Shown here one piece after another: positions 1-9,807 of a DNA stretch of 64,000 nt. The notes beneath the pieces were generated by a model. It ran no database searches. It was not told the DNA's origin and saw only the letters and a program-made list of their open reading frames with translations. The position numbers were made by a program, and so were the translations under genes. This DNA is from Acidobacteriota bacterium (GTDB taxonomy: Bacteria; Acidobacteriota; UBA6911; RPQK01; JAJDTT01), in contig OZ253580.1 of the NCBI GenBank assembly GCA_965263035.1, positions 3,744,001 through 3,808,000 on the forward strand, in the 5' to 3' direction. Numbering within the stretch: the stretch's first letter is position 1; every line of letters begins with the position of its first letter.

Positions 1-52
1 GCGTCCGCCGGACCGGGCCGGTGGGGGAGCTTTTCTCCTTTCCTCTCCGACC

Positions 53-1084
53 CTACCAGTGGACCCGGAACTTGAGGATCTGGTGTCCCGCCTGGATGAA
101 GACCAGCCCCTCGTCCGTCCGGCTGACGGCCACGGCGTGGTGCCGCCCTCCCGCGTGGTCGAACAACCCTTCGGCGTCGTCCGACGTGATCGTGACCAGG
201 AGGTCTCCGTCCTTGCTCAGAATCCACAAGAATCGATGCTGAGGACCGACGGGGACCACCGGGCCGATTCCGGCGATGTCGGGCGGACAGTGGAAGCCGG
301 CGGCGTAGATGTTCTCCCGGCTGTCGACGCAGATTTGGCGAGGTTGAAAAATCACGCCGTCGCCGACGGACCTCCGGTAGTTGCCGTGGAGGTCGAACAC
401 CTGGATGCGGTTGTTCTCGGTGTCGGAGACGTACAGATGGCTGCTGACGGGGCCCACGGCCAAGCCGTACGGACCCTCGGGAGAGGTCGCGCCGCGGCCG
501 ATCTCGTGGCCATAGCGGCCCCGCAGCGGTGACCTGCCGCCAAATCGGCCGGGACCCTCGCCATGCCCCCCGAACGCCGTCAGGAAACGGCCGCGGTGAT
601 CGAATTTCTGAACCCGGTTGTTTCCGCCCAGATAGGTGTGGGTGTCGCTGACGTAGATGTGGCCGTCGGCGTCGAAGGCCAGACCGTTGGGACCCGCGCC
701 GCCGAACTGACCGGGCCCGTTGCCGTAGCTGCCGAACATCATCCGGAAGGAACCGCTGGAATCGAATTTCTGAACCCGATTGTTCCAGGAGTCGCCGACG
801 AAGAGGTTGTCGTCCGGATCGACCCCGATGCCCCGGAACATGAAGAATTGCCCGGGTGCGGTGCCGTGACGCGGCCGCCCGTCCGCTCCGACGGCCCCCA
901 GCGACCACAACGGCTCCCCGTCGGGGCTGATCCTCTGGACCCGGTGGTTAGTCTCGTCGGCGACCAGGATGCGGCCGCGGCCGTCGGACGCGAGGCCCTC
1001 GGGATTGTGAAACTGTCCCGGCAGACGGCCCCCCTGCTTGGGACCGAAAGCGCTCAGAAGCTCGATTCCGGGACCCGTCACCAT
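53..1084 (-). CDS. NHL-repeat beta-propeller protein
   Basis: Repeated F-x-x-P-x-G-[IL]-A ... [IL]-x-V-x-D-x-x-N-x-R-[VI]-Q blades, e.g. FHNPEGLASDGRGRILVADETNHRVQ. Overlaps the stop of the upstream paralog. Confidence 0.85.
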   Translation of the reverse strand: MVTGPGIELLSAFGPKQGGRLPGQFHNPEGLASDGRGRILVADETNHRVQRISPDGEPLWSLGAVGADGRPRHGTAPGQFFMFRGIGVDPDDNLFVGDSWNNRVQKFDSSGSFRMMFGSYGNGPGQFGGAGPNGLAFDADGHIYVSDTHTYLGGNNRVQKFDHRGRFLTAFGGHGEGPGRFGGRSPLRGRYGHEIGRGATSPEGPYGLAVGPVSSHLYVSDTENNRIQVFDLHGNYRRSVGDGVIFQPRQICVDSRENIYAAGFHCPPDIAGIGPVVPVGPQHRFLWILSKDGDLLVTITSDDAEGLFDHAGGRHHAVAVSRTDEGLVFIQAGHQILKFRVHW

Positions 1085-2187
1085 TCCACCCGGTAGCTGA
1101 AGATCAGATGATCGCCCTGCACGTAGGCGATGCTCTCGTCCAACCGGTTCAGGGCGAGGCCGTATCCATGTGCGTGAAGGCCCGCACCGTACCGGTGCCG
1201 CATCAGATCATGGGTCGCGGTAAGTCCGATCTTGCCCAGAAGGGACCCGGCGGCCGAGAAGACCCATACCCAGCGGGCTTCGGCCTCCAACCTCCACTTG
1301 CCGGGCCGATTCAGGTTTTGGACCGCCATAGGCGGCTCGTGCATGTGGACTCCTGATACGTAGATTCGCCCATTGCCGTCGACCGCCACTTGGCGCGGGC
1401 GAAAGATCTCTCCGGCGCCGATATGGACGGGAGGGACGGACCGCCCCCGGAAGCCGATCACTCGATCGTTGTCGCAGTCGGCGACGTAGACGGTGCCGCC
1501 GCGGAGGTGCTCCTCCGCAAGGTGTCCGGCTTGTGTGTTGACGGCGATGCCGGCCGGCCCGATGGGACCCGGACCGATTCCGGGCCCGTGATCGAAGCCG
1601 TACTGGCGAATGGGAGCAGCCCCGCCGAACTGCCGGGGCCCGGTGCCATAGCTTCCGAAGTGCTCCAGGTAATCGCCGCCGGGAGTGAACAGTTGGACCC
1701 TGTGGTTGCCGCCGTCTGCAGTGTGGCTGTCGCTGACCAGCACCCGTCCCTGCTCGTCGACGGCGATCCCCAGTGGTCCGTCTCCGCCGAATTGCCCGGG
1801 AGCGTTTCCCCAGCTCCCGAAAAGAGTCAGCAGGTCGCCCTCCGGTGAGAATTTCTGGACCCGGCAGTTCCGGCTGTCGGCGGCGTAGACGTTGTTCCGG
1901 GGGTCCACGGCGATGGCCTGGGGACTGTCGAACTCCGACTGGGCGGTGCCGCGTCGGGGTCTCCCGGCCGAGTCCTGGGTGCCGACGGCCCAGAGCCGGC
2001 GGCCGTCCCGGTCCGGCTTCACGATTCGGTGATTGCCGGTGTCGGCGACCAGGAGGTTTCCCTCATAGTCCGATGCCAGGGCCGACGGATTACGATACGC
2101 GGACTCGCCATGACCACCCTCAAAGACACCCCAAGTCGCCAGAAGACTGACCTTTGGCCCGCCCACGCCGATTCCTCCAATCCGCAT
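1078..2187 (-). CDS. NHL-repeat beta-propeller protein, paralog of the neighbour
   Basis: FDSPQAIAVDPRNNVYAADSRNCRVQKF-type repeats. Start is uncertain (2187 or 2208). Confidence 0.85.
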   Translation of the reverse strand: MRIGGIGVGGPKVSLLATWGVFEGGHGESAYRNPSALASDYEGNLLVADTGNHRIVKPDRDGRRLWAVGTQDSAGRPRRGTAQSEFDSPQAIAVDPRNNVYAADSRNCRVQKFSPEGDLLTLFGSWGNAPGQFGGDGPLGIAVDEQGRVLVSDSHTADGGNHRVQLFTPGGDYLEHFGSYGTGPRQFGGAAPIRQYGFDHGPGIGPGPIGPAGIAVNTQAGHLAEEHLRGGTVYVADCDNDRVIGFRGRSVPPVHIGAGEIFRPRQVAVDGNGRIYVSGVHMHEPPMAVQNLNRPGKWRLEAEARWVWVFSAAGSLLGKIGLTATHDLMRHRYGAGLHAHGYGLALNRLDESIAYVQGDHLIFSYRVEW

Positions 2188-2386
2188 TTCTCGACGGGGG
2201 CATAGCATAGCGAAAGAAGAGCCCCACGCAACAGCATTTCAGGGGCGAAGAGTCGTCTGCCGCGTAAGGGACGGCTTTCGAAAGGGAGGGTGTCGAGTGG
2301 ACGGAGTGGGATTTCCCTGTACTATACAAAACGGTTTCCTACATCGGAATACAGCCTCTGGAGGTGGACGCCGCATCACGATATCC

Positions 2387-2430
2387 AGGAGTCTGCGCGG
2401 TAGATTAATTTCTGCGGCGCAGGCTCCTAG
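2387..2430. mobile_element. MITE family B, collapsed 44-bp mini-copy (terminal repeats only)
   Basis: AGGAGTCTGCGCGGTAGA joined directly to TTAATTTCTGCGGCGCAGGCTCCTAG; these match the two ends of the 167-bp copies. Confidence 0.85.
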
Positions 2431-2467
2431 GGTGAGAGTTTCGCGTGGCGGGAACTGGAGAAACGAA

Positions 2468-3652
2468 ATGCGCAACGTAATTTGCATCCTCGCCGTCTTG
2501 CTGGTGCCGTTTTCGGCCGTTGCCTCGAACCACAACGTCCTCACGCCCGAAGAGGTCGCGGCCGGATGGATCCTGCTCTGGGACGGCAAGACCGAATACG
2601 GCTGGGAGTGGCACGGGGACGCGCGCTGGAAGGTGGACGACGGAGTGCTGCGATCCGACGGCGGCGGGTACGGGTGGCTCGGCACCACCAGCAGGTTCGG
2701 GGACTTCGAGCTCAAGTTGGAGTTTCGCACCGCGGAGGAAGGGAACAGCGGCATCTTTCTGCGCTCAGCCCGGAGGGGTCCGCCCCACGAGACCGGGTAC
2801 GAACTTCAGATCTACAACCGGCAGCCGCAGGGCTACAACACGGGCAGCCTGGTCTTCTACGTCCAAGCCGAACCCGCCCGGTTCGAGGGCGACCAGTGGA
2901 ACCAATACGAAGTTCGGGCCGTGGGAAGCCGCTTCGTCGTGAAACTCAATGGGAAGCCGGTCCTCGACGCCAATGACTCCTCGCATACCGTGGGTGTGAT
3001 CGGGCTGCAATACAACGTGGACAAACCCATCGAGTTCCGCAACCTCAAGCTCAAGCCTCTGGGGTTGAGCCCGCTGTTCAACGGACAGGATCTGAGCGGT
3101 TGGCGGAAGGTCGATCGCCCCAACCGGGACGACGTGCATGAATGGTCGGTGCGGGACGGCATTCTCCACGTCGAGAAGGGAGCCGGCCAGTTGGAGACCG
3201 AGAAGGAGTTCAAGAATCTCGTGCTGCAACTGGCGATCCGCACCAACCCGCCCCACGCCGGGCACCATCCCAACAGCGGAGTCTTCTTCCGGGGGGAGAA
3301 GGGGGTCTTCTGGAGCGGGTACGAGTCCCAGATCCGCAACGAGTTCCGCAACGGCGACCGCAGGCAGCCCCATGACTTCGGCACCGGGGGCCTCTACTTC
3401 TACGTCCCGGCCCGCCGAGTCATCCCCGAAGATGGAAAGTTCTTTTACAAGACGGTCATCGCCCACGGCCGCCATCTTGCGGTCTGGGTCAACGGCGTCC
3501 AGACCAGCGACTGGGAAGACCCGCGGCCGCCCGGGAACTATGCAAGGCGCCAAGCCCGCCTGGTTCCTGGTGTCGTCAGCCTTCAGGCCCACGATCCCAC
3601 GACCAATCTGGACTTCAAGAACATCCGTGCCGTGGAGTTGCCGGAGCGTTAA
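2468..3652 (+). CDS. Secreted tandem DUF1080 (3-keto-disaccharide hydrolase-like) protein
   Basis: Signal peptide MRNVICILAVLLVPFSAVA; two repeats of LF/WDG..., NSG[IV]F, YE.QI and F[RK]N[IL] motifs. Confidence 0.85.
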   Translation: MRNVICILAVLLVPFSAVASNHNVLTPEEVAAGWILLWDGKTEYGWEWHGDARWKVDDGVLRSDGGGYGWLGTTSRFGDFELKLEFRTAEEGNSGIFLRSARRGPPHETGYELQIYNRQPQGYNTGSLVFYVQAEPARFEGDQWNQYEVRAVGSRFVVKLNGKPVLDANDSSHTVGVIGLQYNVDKPIEFRNLKLKPLGLSPLFNGQDLSGWRKVDRPNRDDVHEWSVRDGILHVEKGAGQLETEKEFKNLVLQLAIRTNPPHAGHHPNSGVFFRGEKGVFWSGYESQIRNEFRNGDRRQPHDFGTGGLYFYVPARRVIPEDGKFFYKTVIAHGRHLAVWVNGVQTSDWEDPRPPGNYARRQARLVPGVVSLQAHDPTTNLDFKNIRAVELPER

Positions 3653-3812
3653 CAGCCCGTGGCAAAAGTCGTCACGGCATTCGACCGTCCCTGCATCGTG
3701 CGCGGACTGCGTTGCTATCGGCTCACATACTCCCGGTATGCTCCCTCCGTTGCGCCTGGTCCGGCGGGCGCAGGAACGGTCTCGGTGCTCGCGGGACTTT
3801 CACCACGGACTG
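3653..3812 (+). mobile_element. MITE family A, 160 bp
   Basis: Imperfect terminal inverted repeats CAGCCCGTGGCAAAAGTC / GACTTTCACCACGGACTG. TTAA on both flanks; the left TTAA contains the TAA stop of the DUF1080 gene. Confidence 0.9.
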
Positions 3813-3882
3813 TTAACGGTCCAAGTCGGATATCGCGACCGAGTCGGCGGTGGGCCTCGCCAGGAATCCTGTATCTGCAGTC

Positions 3883-4674
3883 TCAGGTCCCTGGTCCCTT
3901 TCCGGCGTTGATGCCGAGCTGTCGCCGATATGCCTCGAGCGAGAGCAGGTCCTCCGGCATCACATTCCCCACGTTCACCTCGGGCCCGAATCGATCCACC
4001 AGATCGCGCCGCATCCGATGGATAAGGTGGGACTGAACATCGGGGATCCAGGGTCCCGGCAGTTCGAACATGACTCGATCGAGACCGACGGCCACGACCG
4101 TTTCGTCGACCTCGCGCCGGGTCGCGGCGTCGGCGTGGACCAATTCCGCGGCCTCCACCAGAATGATGCTGGCGCCGGCATCGAGGCAGGCCCTGGCGTC
4201 CTCGGCGAAGCTGGGACCGTGTGAGAACCCCTCCTTCTTACCGACTTCCCCCAGGACGCCCATTCCGAATACGGTCACGGCCTCCTCGATGACCTCGACC
4301 TTCCATTCCAGAGGAACATCGGCGACGTTGTCGGAAACCTCGATCCAGCGGTATCCGGCCCGTTGGCAGGCCGGAAGGTAGAGATCGGCCTTCCCGTGGA
4401 TGTGGGCGTACTCCAGATACTGCCCTCCGGGGAAAGGCTCGATCCGGTGGGCCCGGTAGGCGTCGATCTTCTCGGCCAGGACTTCGTCCGTGAGCAGTCG
4501 TGACAGGCCGACGGCGATCTTGGCGAAGTCGATATAAGGGGCCGCGGTGGCGGTCAGGTCATTCTGCCGACCGGGTCCCAGGCCCCAATCCACGACCATG
4601 GTCAGACCCGACGGCCGGGGCTTTCGGCTGCGGGGAGCGCCGTCCAGGCCGGCGAAAATGTGTCGTTCGTTCAT
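3883..4674 (-). CDS. comA: Phosphosulfolactate synthase (ComA)-like protein, divergent
   Basis: RKPRPSGLTMVVDWGL, YIDFAK, PFPGG, IEVSD, EVGKK, FELP, FGPEVNVGNV and LEAYR motifs of the ComA family. Confidence 0.8.
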   Translation of the reverse strand: MNERHIFAGLDGAPRSRKPRPSGLTMVVDWGLGPGRQNDLTATAAPYIDFAKIAVGLSRLLTDEVLAEKIDAYRAHRIEPFPGGQYLEYAHIHGKADLYLPACQRAGYRWIEVSDNVADVPLEWKVEVIEEAVTVFGMGVLGEVGKKEGFSHGPSFAEDARACLDAGASIILVEAAELVHADAATRREVDETVVAVGLDRVMFELPGPWIPDVQSHLIHRMRRDLVDRFGPEVNVGNVMPEDLLSLEAYRRQLGINAGKGPGT

Positions 4675-4702
4675 CCGGGATCAACCCACGAGTCGGCTGG
4701 TG

Positions 4703-7204
4703 TCATCCGGTGAGTTTTCGGTTGCCGGGGTCGTAGCGGGGAAGGGACACTACCGTTGCGCTCTGGGGCTCCTCGAAATAATCGATCTCCAGACGGGTTC
4801 CCGGCTGCGAGACCTCCGTCGGGAGATAGCTGAACGCCAGGCTCTCCTGGACCGTGTAGCCGTAATCCGCACTGGTAACGTAACCTACCCGATTACCGCC
4901 GAAGCGGACCGGCTCGGCACCCATGAGCACCGTATGGGGGTCCTCCAGCCGGAGGCAGCACCATTTCCGGCTCACACCCTCAGCCGCGACCCTTTGCAGC
5001 GCGGCGCGCCCCAGGAAGTTCTCCTTGTCCATGCATACGGCGAAACCGAGACCCGCTTCCAGCGGATTGTATTCCGTATGAACGTCGGCCCCCCAGAGCC
5101 GGTAGCCCTTCTCCAGCCTCAGGCTCTCGAAGGCTCCTCCTCCGGCCGCCGCCACGCCCAAGGGACGACCCGCCTCCCAGAGAGTGTCCCAAAGATGCAA
5201 GCCGTATTCCGTCGGGGCGTAGAGCTCCCAACCCAGTTCCCCCACATAGGAGATGCGAAGAGCCAGCACCGGCACGTGGCGCACGTAGATCCGCCGGGCG
5301 GTCAGGTAGGGAAAGGCCTGGTCCGACAGGTCGTTCTCGCTGACGGATTGAACCAGCTCGCGGGCGGCAGGACCCCAGACTCCAAGACAGCAATAGGCCG
5401 ACGTCAGGTCCCGGATCTGTACAGCGCTTTCCCGGTCAAGATGAAAGCGGAGCCAAGCCAGGTCGCGCTTGCCCGTCGCGGCTCCCGTGATCACCCAGAA
5501 GCGCTCCTCCTCCCAACGGGTGACCGTGAGATCGGCCTCCATCCCTCCCCGGCGGTTCAGCAGGGAGGTGTAGGTGATTCGGCCGGGAGGCCGGTCCATC
5601 TGGTTGGCGGCCAGGTGCTGGAGAAAGGAGAGCGAACCTGGCCCCGCGACCTCCAGCTTGGTGAAGGGGGTCAGATCGAAGAGGCAGACCCGCTCCCGGG
5701 CGGCACGATGCTCGGAACCGACCAAGGGGGACCAGAAACGAGCGCTCCAGCCCTGCCGGTCGTGTCCCCCTTCGGGACCCGGGAGGCGCTCGCTGGCGGC
5801 GAACCAGTGGGGCCGTTCCCAGCCCGAGCTCTCGAACATCTCCCCGCCCAATTCCTCCAGGCGCGGGTGAAAGGGGCTCAGGCGCAACCGGCGCGGACGC
5901 TCGATCTGCTGGCGGGGATGGATGATGTCGTAGACTTCCCGGTATTGACGCCTTCCCCGAGCCAAGACGTAGGGTCGGCTGTGGACATGGGCGTGGAAGC
6001 GATTGCAGTCCAGGTCCCGCAGGTCCAACGGGGGAAGACCTTCCACCATGTACTGGGCGATGGCCCGGCCCACGCCGCCGCCGTGAGTGAGCCACACCCC
6101 CTCCGCCAGCCAGAGACCCTCCAGATGAGCGGATCGTCCCAGCAGCGACTGGCCGTCGGGGGTAAAGGCAAAGATCCCGTTGATCAGGAAGGGAAACGAT
6201 GTCCCCCGCAGGCACGGAAACAGCTCCATGGAGTCGGCCAAGGCGTTCTCGAAGTGGTGGGATGGGAACGGACGGAGCGCCGATTGGGGAGCCCCGGTTC
6301 GGTCCAGTCCCAGCGACTCGACGGCTACCGGTAAAGGATCGTGACGGTAGGAGCCCACGCCATAGCGGTCGAAGTCCTGCCGGAAATACATGGAGCGGTC
6401 CTGATGCCGGAGGATCGGCTGTGTCACTTCCTCACTCGCTCCCGCCAGCACGGACAGTGGATCCGTCCGGGCGTAGAGATGCTGCATGGGCTGCATGGGG
6501 ACGGGAACTCCCGCCAACCTGCCGACGCTGGGACCCCAGATTCCCGCGCAGAGGAGAACCGTCTCGGCTTCGATACGGCCCTGGCTGCAGACCACTGCCG
6601 TCACCCTGGAATCGCGGGTCTCGATGGCGGTGACTCTGGCGTCGGGCACGAATAGCGCGCCCCGGCTCCCGGCCTTCCGGGCCAGCGCCTTCAAGATGCT
6701 GACGCCCTTTCCCAGGCCGTCGGAGGGGACGTGGTACCCGCTGTAGACTCGCCGTATATCGATATGGGGGATGAGGGACCCGACCTCTTCCGGGGTCAGG
6801 ATCCCCGCCGGCAACTGCCAGGATCGGGCCAGCCCGACGCGCCGCTTCAGTTCCTGGTGCCGTTCTCGGCTGCAGGCAACCTCGATACTTCCCACTGGGT
6901 AGAAACAGGGACCTTCCGATGCGGTTCCCAACTCGCGATAGAGCTGAACGGTCCACTGAGCCAGCCGGCAGACGGTCCGGGAAGGATTGGTTTGGAAGAC
7001 CAGACCGGGAGCATGTGAGGTGGACCCCAGAACCTGGAACAGAGGCCCCTGGTCCAGGACGACCACGTCATCCCAGCCGTAGCGGGTCAGGTAGTAGGCC
7101 GCGCTGGAGCCCACCACGCCGGCGCCGATGATGACGACCCGGGCACGCCGGGGAAGTCTGAGGGGATCCATGGATGCGAGCGTCTTTGGGGGCGAAGCCT
7201 CCAT
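4703..7204 (-). CDS. Dimethylglycine oxidase/dehydrogenase-like FAD + GcvT-domain protein
   Basis: GAGVVG FAD motif, GSTSHAPGLV covalent-flavin His motif, QHLY, ILRHQD, and the GcvT-type RISYVGELGWEL and SLRLEKGYR. Confidence 0.9.
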   Translation of the reverse strand: MEASPPKTLASMDPLRLPRRARVVIIGAGVVGSSAAYYLTRYGWDDVVVLDQGPLFQVLGSTSHAPGLVFQTNPSRTVCRLAQWTVQLYRELGTASEGPCFYPVGSIEVACSRERHQELKRRVGLARSWQLPAGILTPEEVGSLIPHIDIRRVYSGYHVPSDGLGKGVSILKALARKAGSRGALFVPDARVTAIETRDSRVTAVVCSQGRIEAETVLLCAGIWGPSVGRLAGVPVPMQPMQHLYARTDPLSVLAGASEEVTQPILRHQDRSMYFRQDFDRYGVGSYRHDPLPVAVESLGLDRTGAPQSALRPFPSHHFENALADSMELFPCLRGTSFPFLINGIFAFTPDGQSLLGRSAHLEGLWLAEGVWLTHGGGVGRAIAQYMVEGLPPLDLRDLDCNRFHAHVHSRPYVLARGRRQYREVYDIIHPRQQIERPRRLRLSPFHPRLEELGGEMFESSGWERPHWFAASERLPGPEGGHDRQGWSARFWSPLVGSEHRAARERVCLFDLTPFTKLEVAGPGSLSFLQHLAANQMDRPPGRITYTSLLNRRGGMEADLTVTRWEEERFWVITGAATGKRDLAWLRFHLDRESAVQIRDLTSAYCCLGVWGPAARELVQSVSENDLSDQAFPYLTARRIYVRHVPVLALRISYVGELGWELYAPTEYGLHLWDTLWEAGRPLGVAAAGGGAFESLRLEKGYRLWGADVHTEYNPLEAGLGFAVCMDKENFLGRAALQRVAAEGVSRKWCCLRLEDPHTVLMGAEPVRFGGNRVGYVTSADYGYTVQESLAFSYLPTEVSQPGTRLEIDYFEEPQSATVVSLPRYDPGNRKLTG

Positions 7205-7371
7205 CCGGCCCGGATTCTATCGCCGTAGGGGTCGCCGGAACAACTCTCGCAAGGGGTTCTCCGGCATCGTCAGTCATGACCGTCGGCCGGATTGAAGCCC
7301 CGGTCGAGTGCCGTAGCCACTTTCAGTCGCTGCTGTTAGAGTTGCCCCTTCTGCTACGGGAACCGAATCGC

Positions 7372-8883
7372 ATGATCCTCTCCTTCGTCCTCTATTTGGT
7401 GATCCTGCTGGGGCTGGGCCTCTACGCGTCCCGCTTCATCAAGAGCCTGAAGGGATTCCTGCTGGCCGACCGCTCCATGGGACCCTTCGTCACCGCACTG
7501 TCCGCCGAGGCCTCCGCCATGAGCGGCTGGCTGCTGATCGCGGTCCCCGCACGTGCTTTCACCTACGGACTCTCCGCCATCTGGGTGGGAATGGCCTGTG
7601 TCATGGGGGACGCGGTGAGTTGGTTGTTCGTCTCCAAGCGGTTGCGGCGGCAGACGGAGCGGCTCCGGGCCCTGACCCTGCCCGAGTACCTGGAGAAGAG
7701 ATTCCCCAAGAAAGGCGGCTACGCCGTACAGCTGGTTGCGACCTCGGGAATCATGGTCTTCATGCTCATTTACCTCTGGGCGCAGTTCGTGGCTGCGGGA
7801 AAGGCCATGTCGGCCATTCTGGACTACGTCGACTACTCGGAAGCCACACTGCTGGCTGCCGTCATCATCATCGCCTACACCCTCCTGGGAGGATTCCGAG
7901 CCGTCGCCTGGACCGACTTCCTTCAAGGTTTCATGATGCTGTTCGCCCTGACGGCACTGCCCCTGATCTGCCTGGCGAACGTGGGTGGCTGGAGCGCGCT
8001 CATGGGACACCTTTCCCAGGTTTCCTCCGAGATGCCGGGGACTGCCAGCGCCAACCTGGATCACTGGTTCGCCGGGCTGACGGGACTGGTGTTGTTCACC
8101 TTTCTTTTCGAGGACGCCGGAGTGGGGGTCGGCTACGTGGGTCAACCTCACCTCTGCTCCCGCTACATGGCGATCCGGAAGGTCTCCCAACTGAAGACGG
8201 CCTTCGTGGTGTCCGTCTTCTGGAATCTCCTGGCGGTTTCGGGAGCCGTGCTTCTGGGGCTGACCGCCCATCACTGGTATCGATTCGCGTCCGGGGCCGG
8301 CGGAACGGTGGAGTCCAGGCTGGATTCCGCCCTGGTCTTCCACGTGGAGCAGGTGCTGCCCATGATGGCTCGCCAGGTTCTGGATCCTTGGGTCGCCGGA
8401 ATTCTGGTCTCGGCCATGCTGGCGGCCATCATGTCCTCAGCCGACAGCTTTCTGCTTTCCGCCGCCAGCTCCATGACCCGGGACGTCTACCAGCGCATCT
8501 TCCGGCAACAGGCCTCGGAACGGGAACTGCTCAAGATGTCGAGAGTGGTGATCATCGTGCTGGGAACGGGAGCTTTGCTGCTGGCCCTCTCGACCGATCC
8601 CTGGGATCCTGAAGCCACCGTTTATCAGCTCGTCCTGTACGCTTGGGGCGGACTCTCCGCTTGCTTTACCGCCCCCCTCGTAATGGCCCTCTTCTACCGG
8701 AAAATGACGCGAGCCGGATGCCTGGCGGGGATCCTGATCGGCGCCGGCACCAGCTTGGTCTGGCGCAATGTCGAGGTCCTCTCCTCCGTCGCCTACGAGT
8801 TGATCCCGTCAGTGATCATCTCGGGCTGCTCCGTATGGCTGGTCTCACGGTTGACCTGGAACGGAAACGCCGAGAAGCACTGA
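7372..8883 (+). CDS. Sodium:solute symporter (PutP/OpuE-like)
   Basis: ALSAEASAMSGW, YTLLGGFRAVAWTD, GQPH and AAIMSSADS motifs; about 13 hydrophobic segments. Confidence 0.9.
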   Translation: MILSFVLYLVILLGLGLYASRFIKSLKGFLLADRSMGPFVTALSAEASAMSGWLLIAVPARAFTYGLSAIWVGMACVMGDAVSWLFVSKRLRRQTERLRALTLPEYLEKRFPKKGGYAVQLVATSGIMVFMLIYLWAQFVAAGKAMSAILDYVDYSEATLLAAVIIIAYTLLGGFRAVAWTDFLQGFMMLFALTALPLICLANVGGWSALMGHLSQVSSEMPGTASANLDHWFAGLTGLVLFTFLFEDAGVGVGYVGQPHLCSRYMAIRKVSQLKTAFVVSVFWNLLAVSGAVLLGLTAHHWYRFASGAGGTVESRLDSALVFHVEQVLPMMARQVLDPWVAGILVSAMLAAIMSSADSFLLSAASSMTRDVYQRIFRQQASERELLKMSRVVIIVLGTGALLLALSTDPWDPEATVYQLVLYAWGGLSACFTAPLVMALFYRKMTRAGCLAGILIGAGTSLVWRNVEVLSSVAYELIPSVIISGCSVWLVSRLTWNGNAEKH

Positions 8884-8889
8884 ATAAGA

Positions 8890-9807
8890 CTACGCTGATC
8901 CTTCGACCCGGGCGCCGTGGGTGTCCAGATCCAGGACCCGGAATTGGGCGCGGGTCCCGGCCGCCGCCAGAGTCCGGACCATCCAGGCGCCGATCTCCGC
9001 TTCCCGGCCGGCGGCCAGTGCGATCACGGTGGAACCCGAACCGCTGATGAAGGTGCCCAAGAACGAGGCGCTCCAGGCGCGGTCCGGAGAAGGTCCCGAA
9101 AGCACCTTCTCCAATCCCGGCACCAAGCTCGCCCGGTAGGACTGGTGGAGCCGGTCCAGCGTCGCTTCCCTCAGGAGCCGGGCCTCGCCCGTGTGAAGCG
9201 CATGCACCAGCAGAGAGGAGCGCTGGATGTTGAACACGGCAGCGGCCAGATCATAGGATCGCGGCAGGATGGCGCGGGCTTCGGGCGTGGAAATGGTCTG
9301 GTCCGGCACGGCCACGACGAAACGGCAGCCCAGGGCGGAACGCAGCCGCAGGGAGCGGACCCGGGATCCGGACGTCCAGGAAAGGACCCATCCGCCCAGC
9401 AGGCTGGCGGCCAGATTGTCGGGATGGCCTTCCAGGGGATAGGCGATCCGGAGGAGGTCGTCGTTGGAAAAGCGCTCACCGGTGATCTTTTCGGCGATCT
9501 TGATCCCCGCGATAATGGCGGCGCCGCTGCTGCCCAGCCCGCGGGTGAGGGGGATGGGGTTGTCGATGCTGAGGCGAATACCGGGTACCTCGACGCCCAA
9601 GGCGGAGAAGGCGACCCGCAGGGACCGGTCCAGGACGTTCTCCTCCAGGGGCAGGCTCCAATCTGGAGGCCACTCCAGTCCGGCGCCCTCGATGGACTCC
9701 ACTCCGATGGTCAGGTAAAGGCTCAGGGCTGCCGAGAGAGTATCGAACCCGGGTCCCAGATTACTGGTGCTGGCCGGGACGCGGACCTGGAATGGCTTCC
9801 AGCTCAT
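8890..9807 (-). CDS. thrB: Homoserine kinase
   Basis: PASTSNLGPGFD, IPLTRGLGSSGAA, EGHPDN, ISGSG. Confidence 0.95.
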   Translation of the reverse strand: MSWKPFQVRVPASTSNLGPGFDTLSAALSLYLTIGVESIEGAGLEWPPDWSLPLEENVLDRSLRVAFSALGVEVPGIRLSIDNPIPLTRGLGSSGAAIIAGIKIAEKITGERFSNDDLLRIAYPLEGHPDNLAASLLGGWVLSWTSGSRVRSLRLRSALGCRFVVAVPDQTISTPEARAILPRSYDLAAAVFNIQRSSLLVHALHTGEARLLREATLDRLHQSYRASLVPGLEKVLSGPSPDRAWSASFLGTFISGSGSTVIALAAGREAEIGAWMVRTLAAAGTRAQFRVLDLDTHGARVEGSA

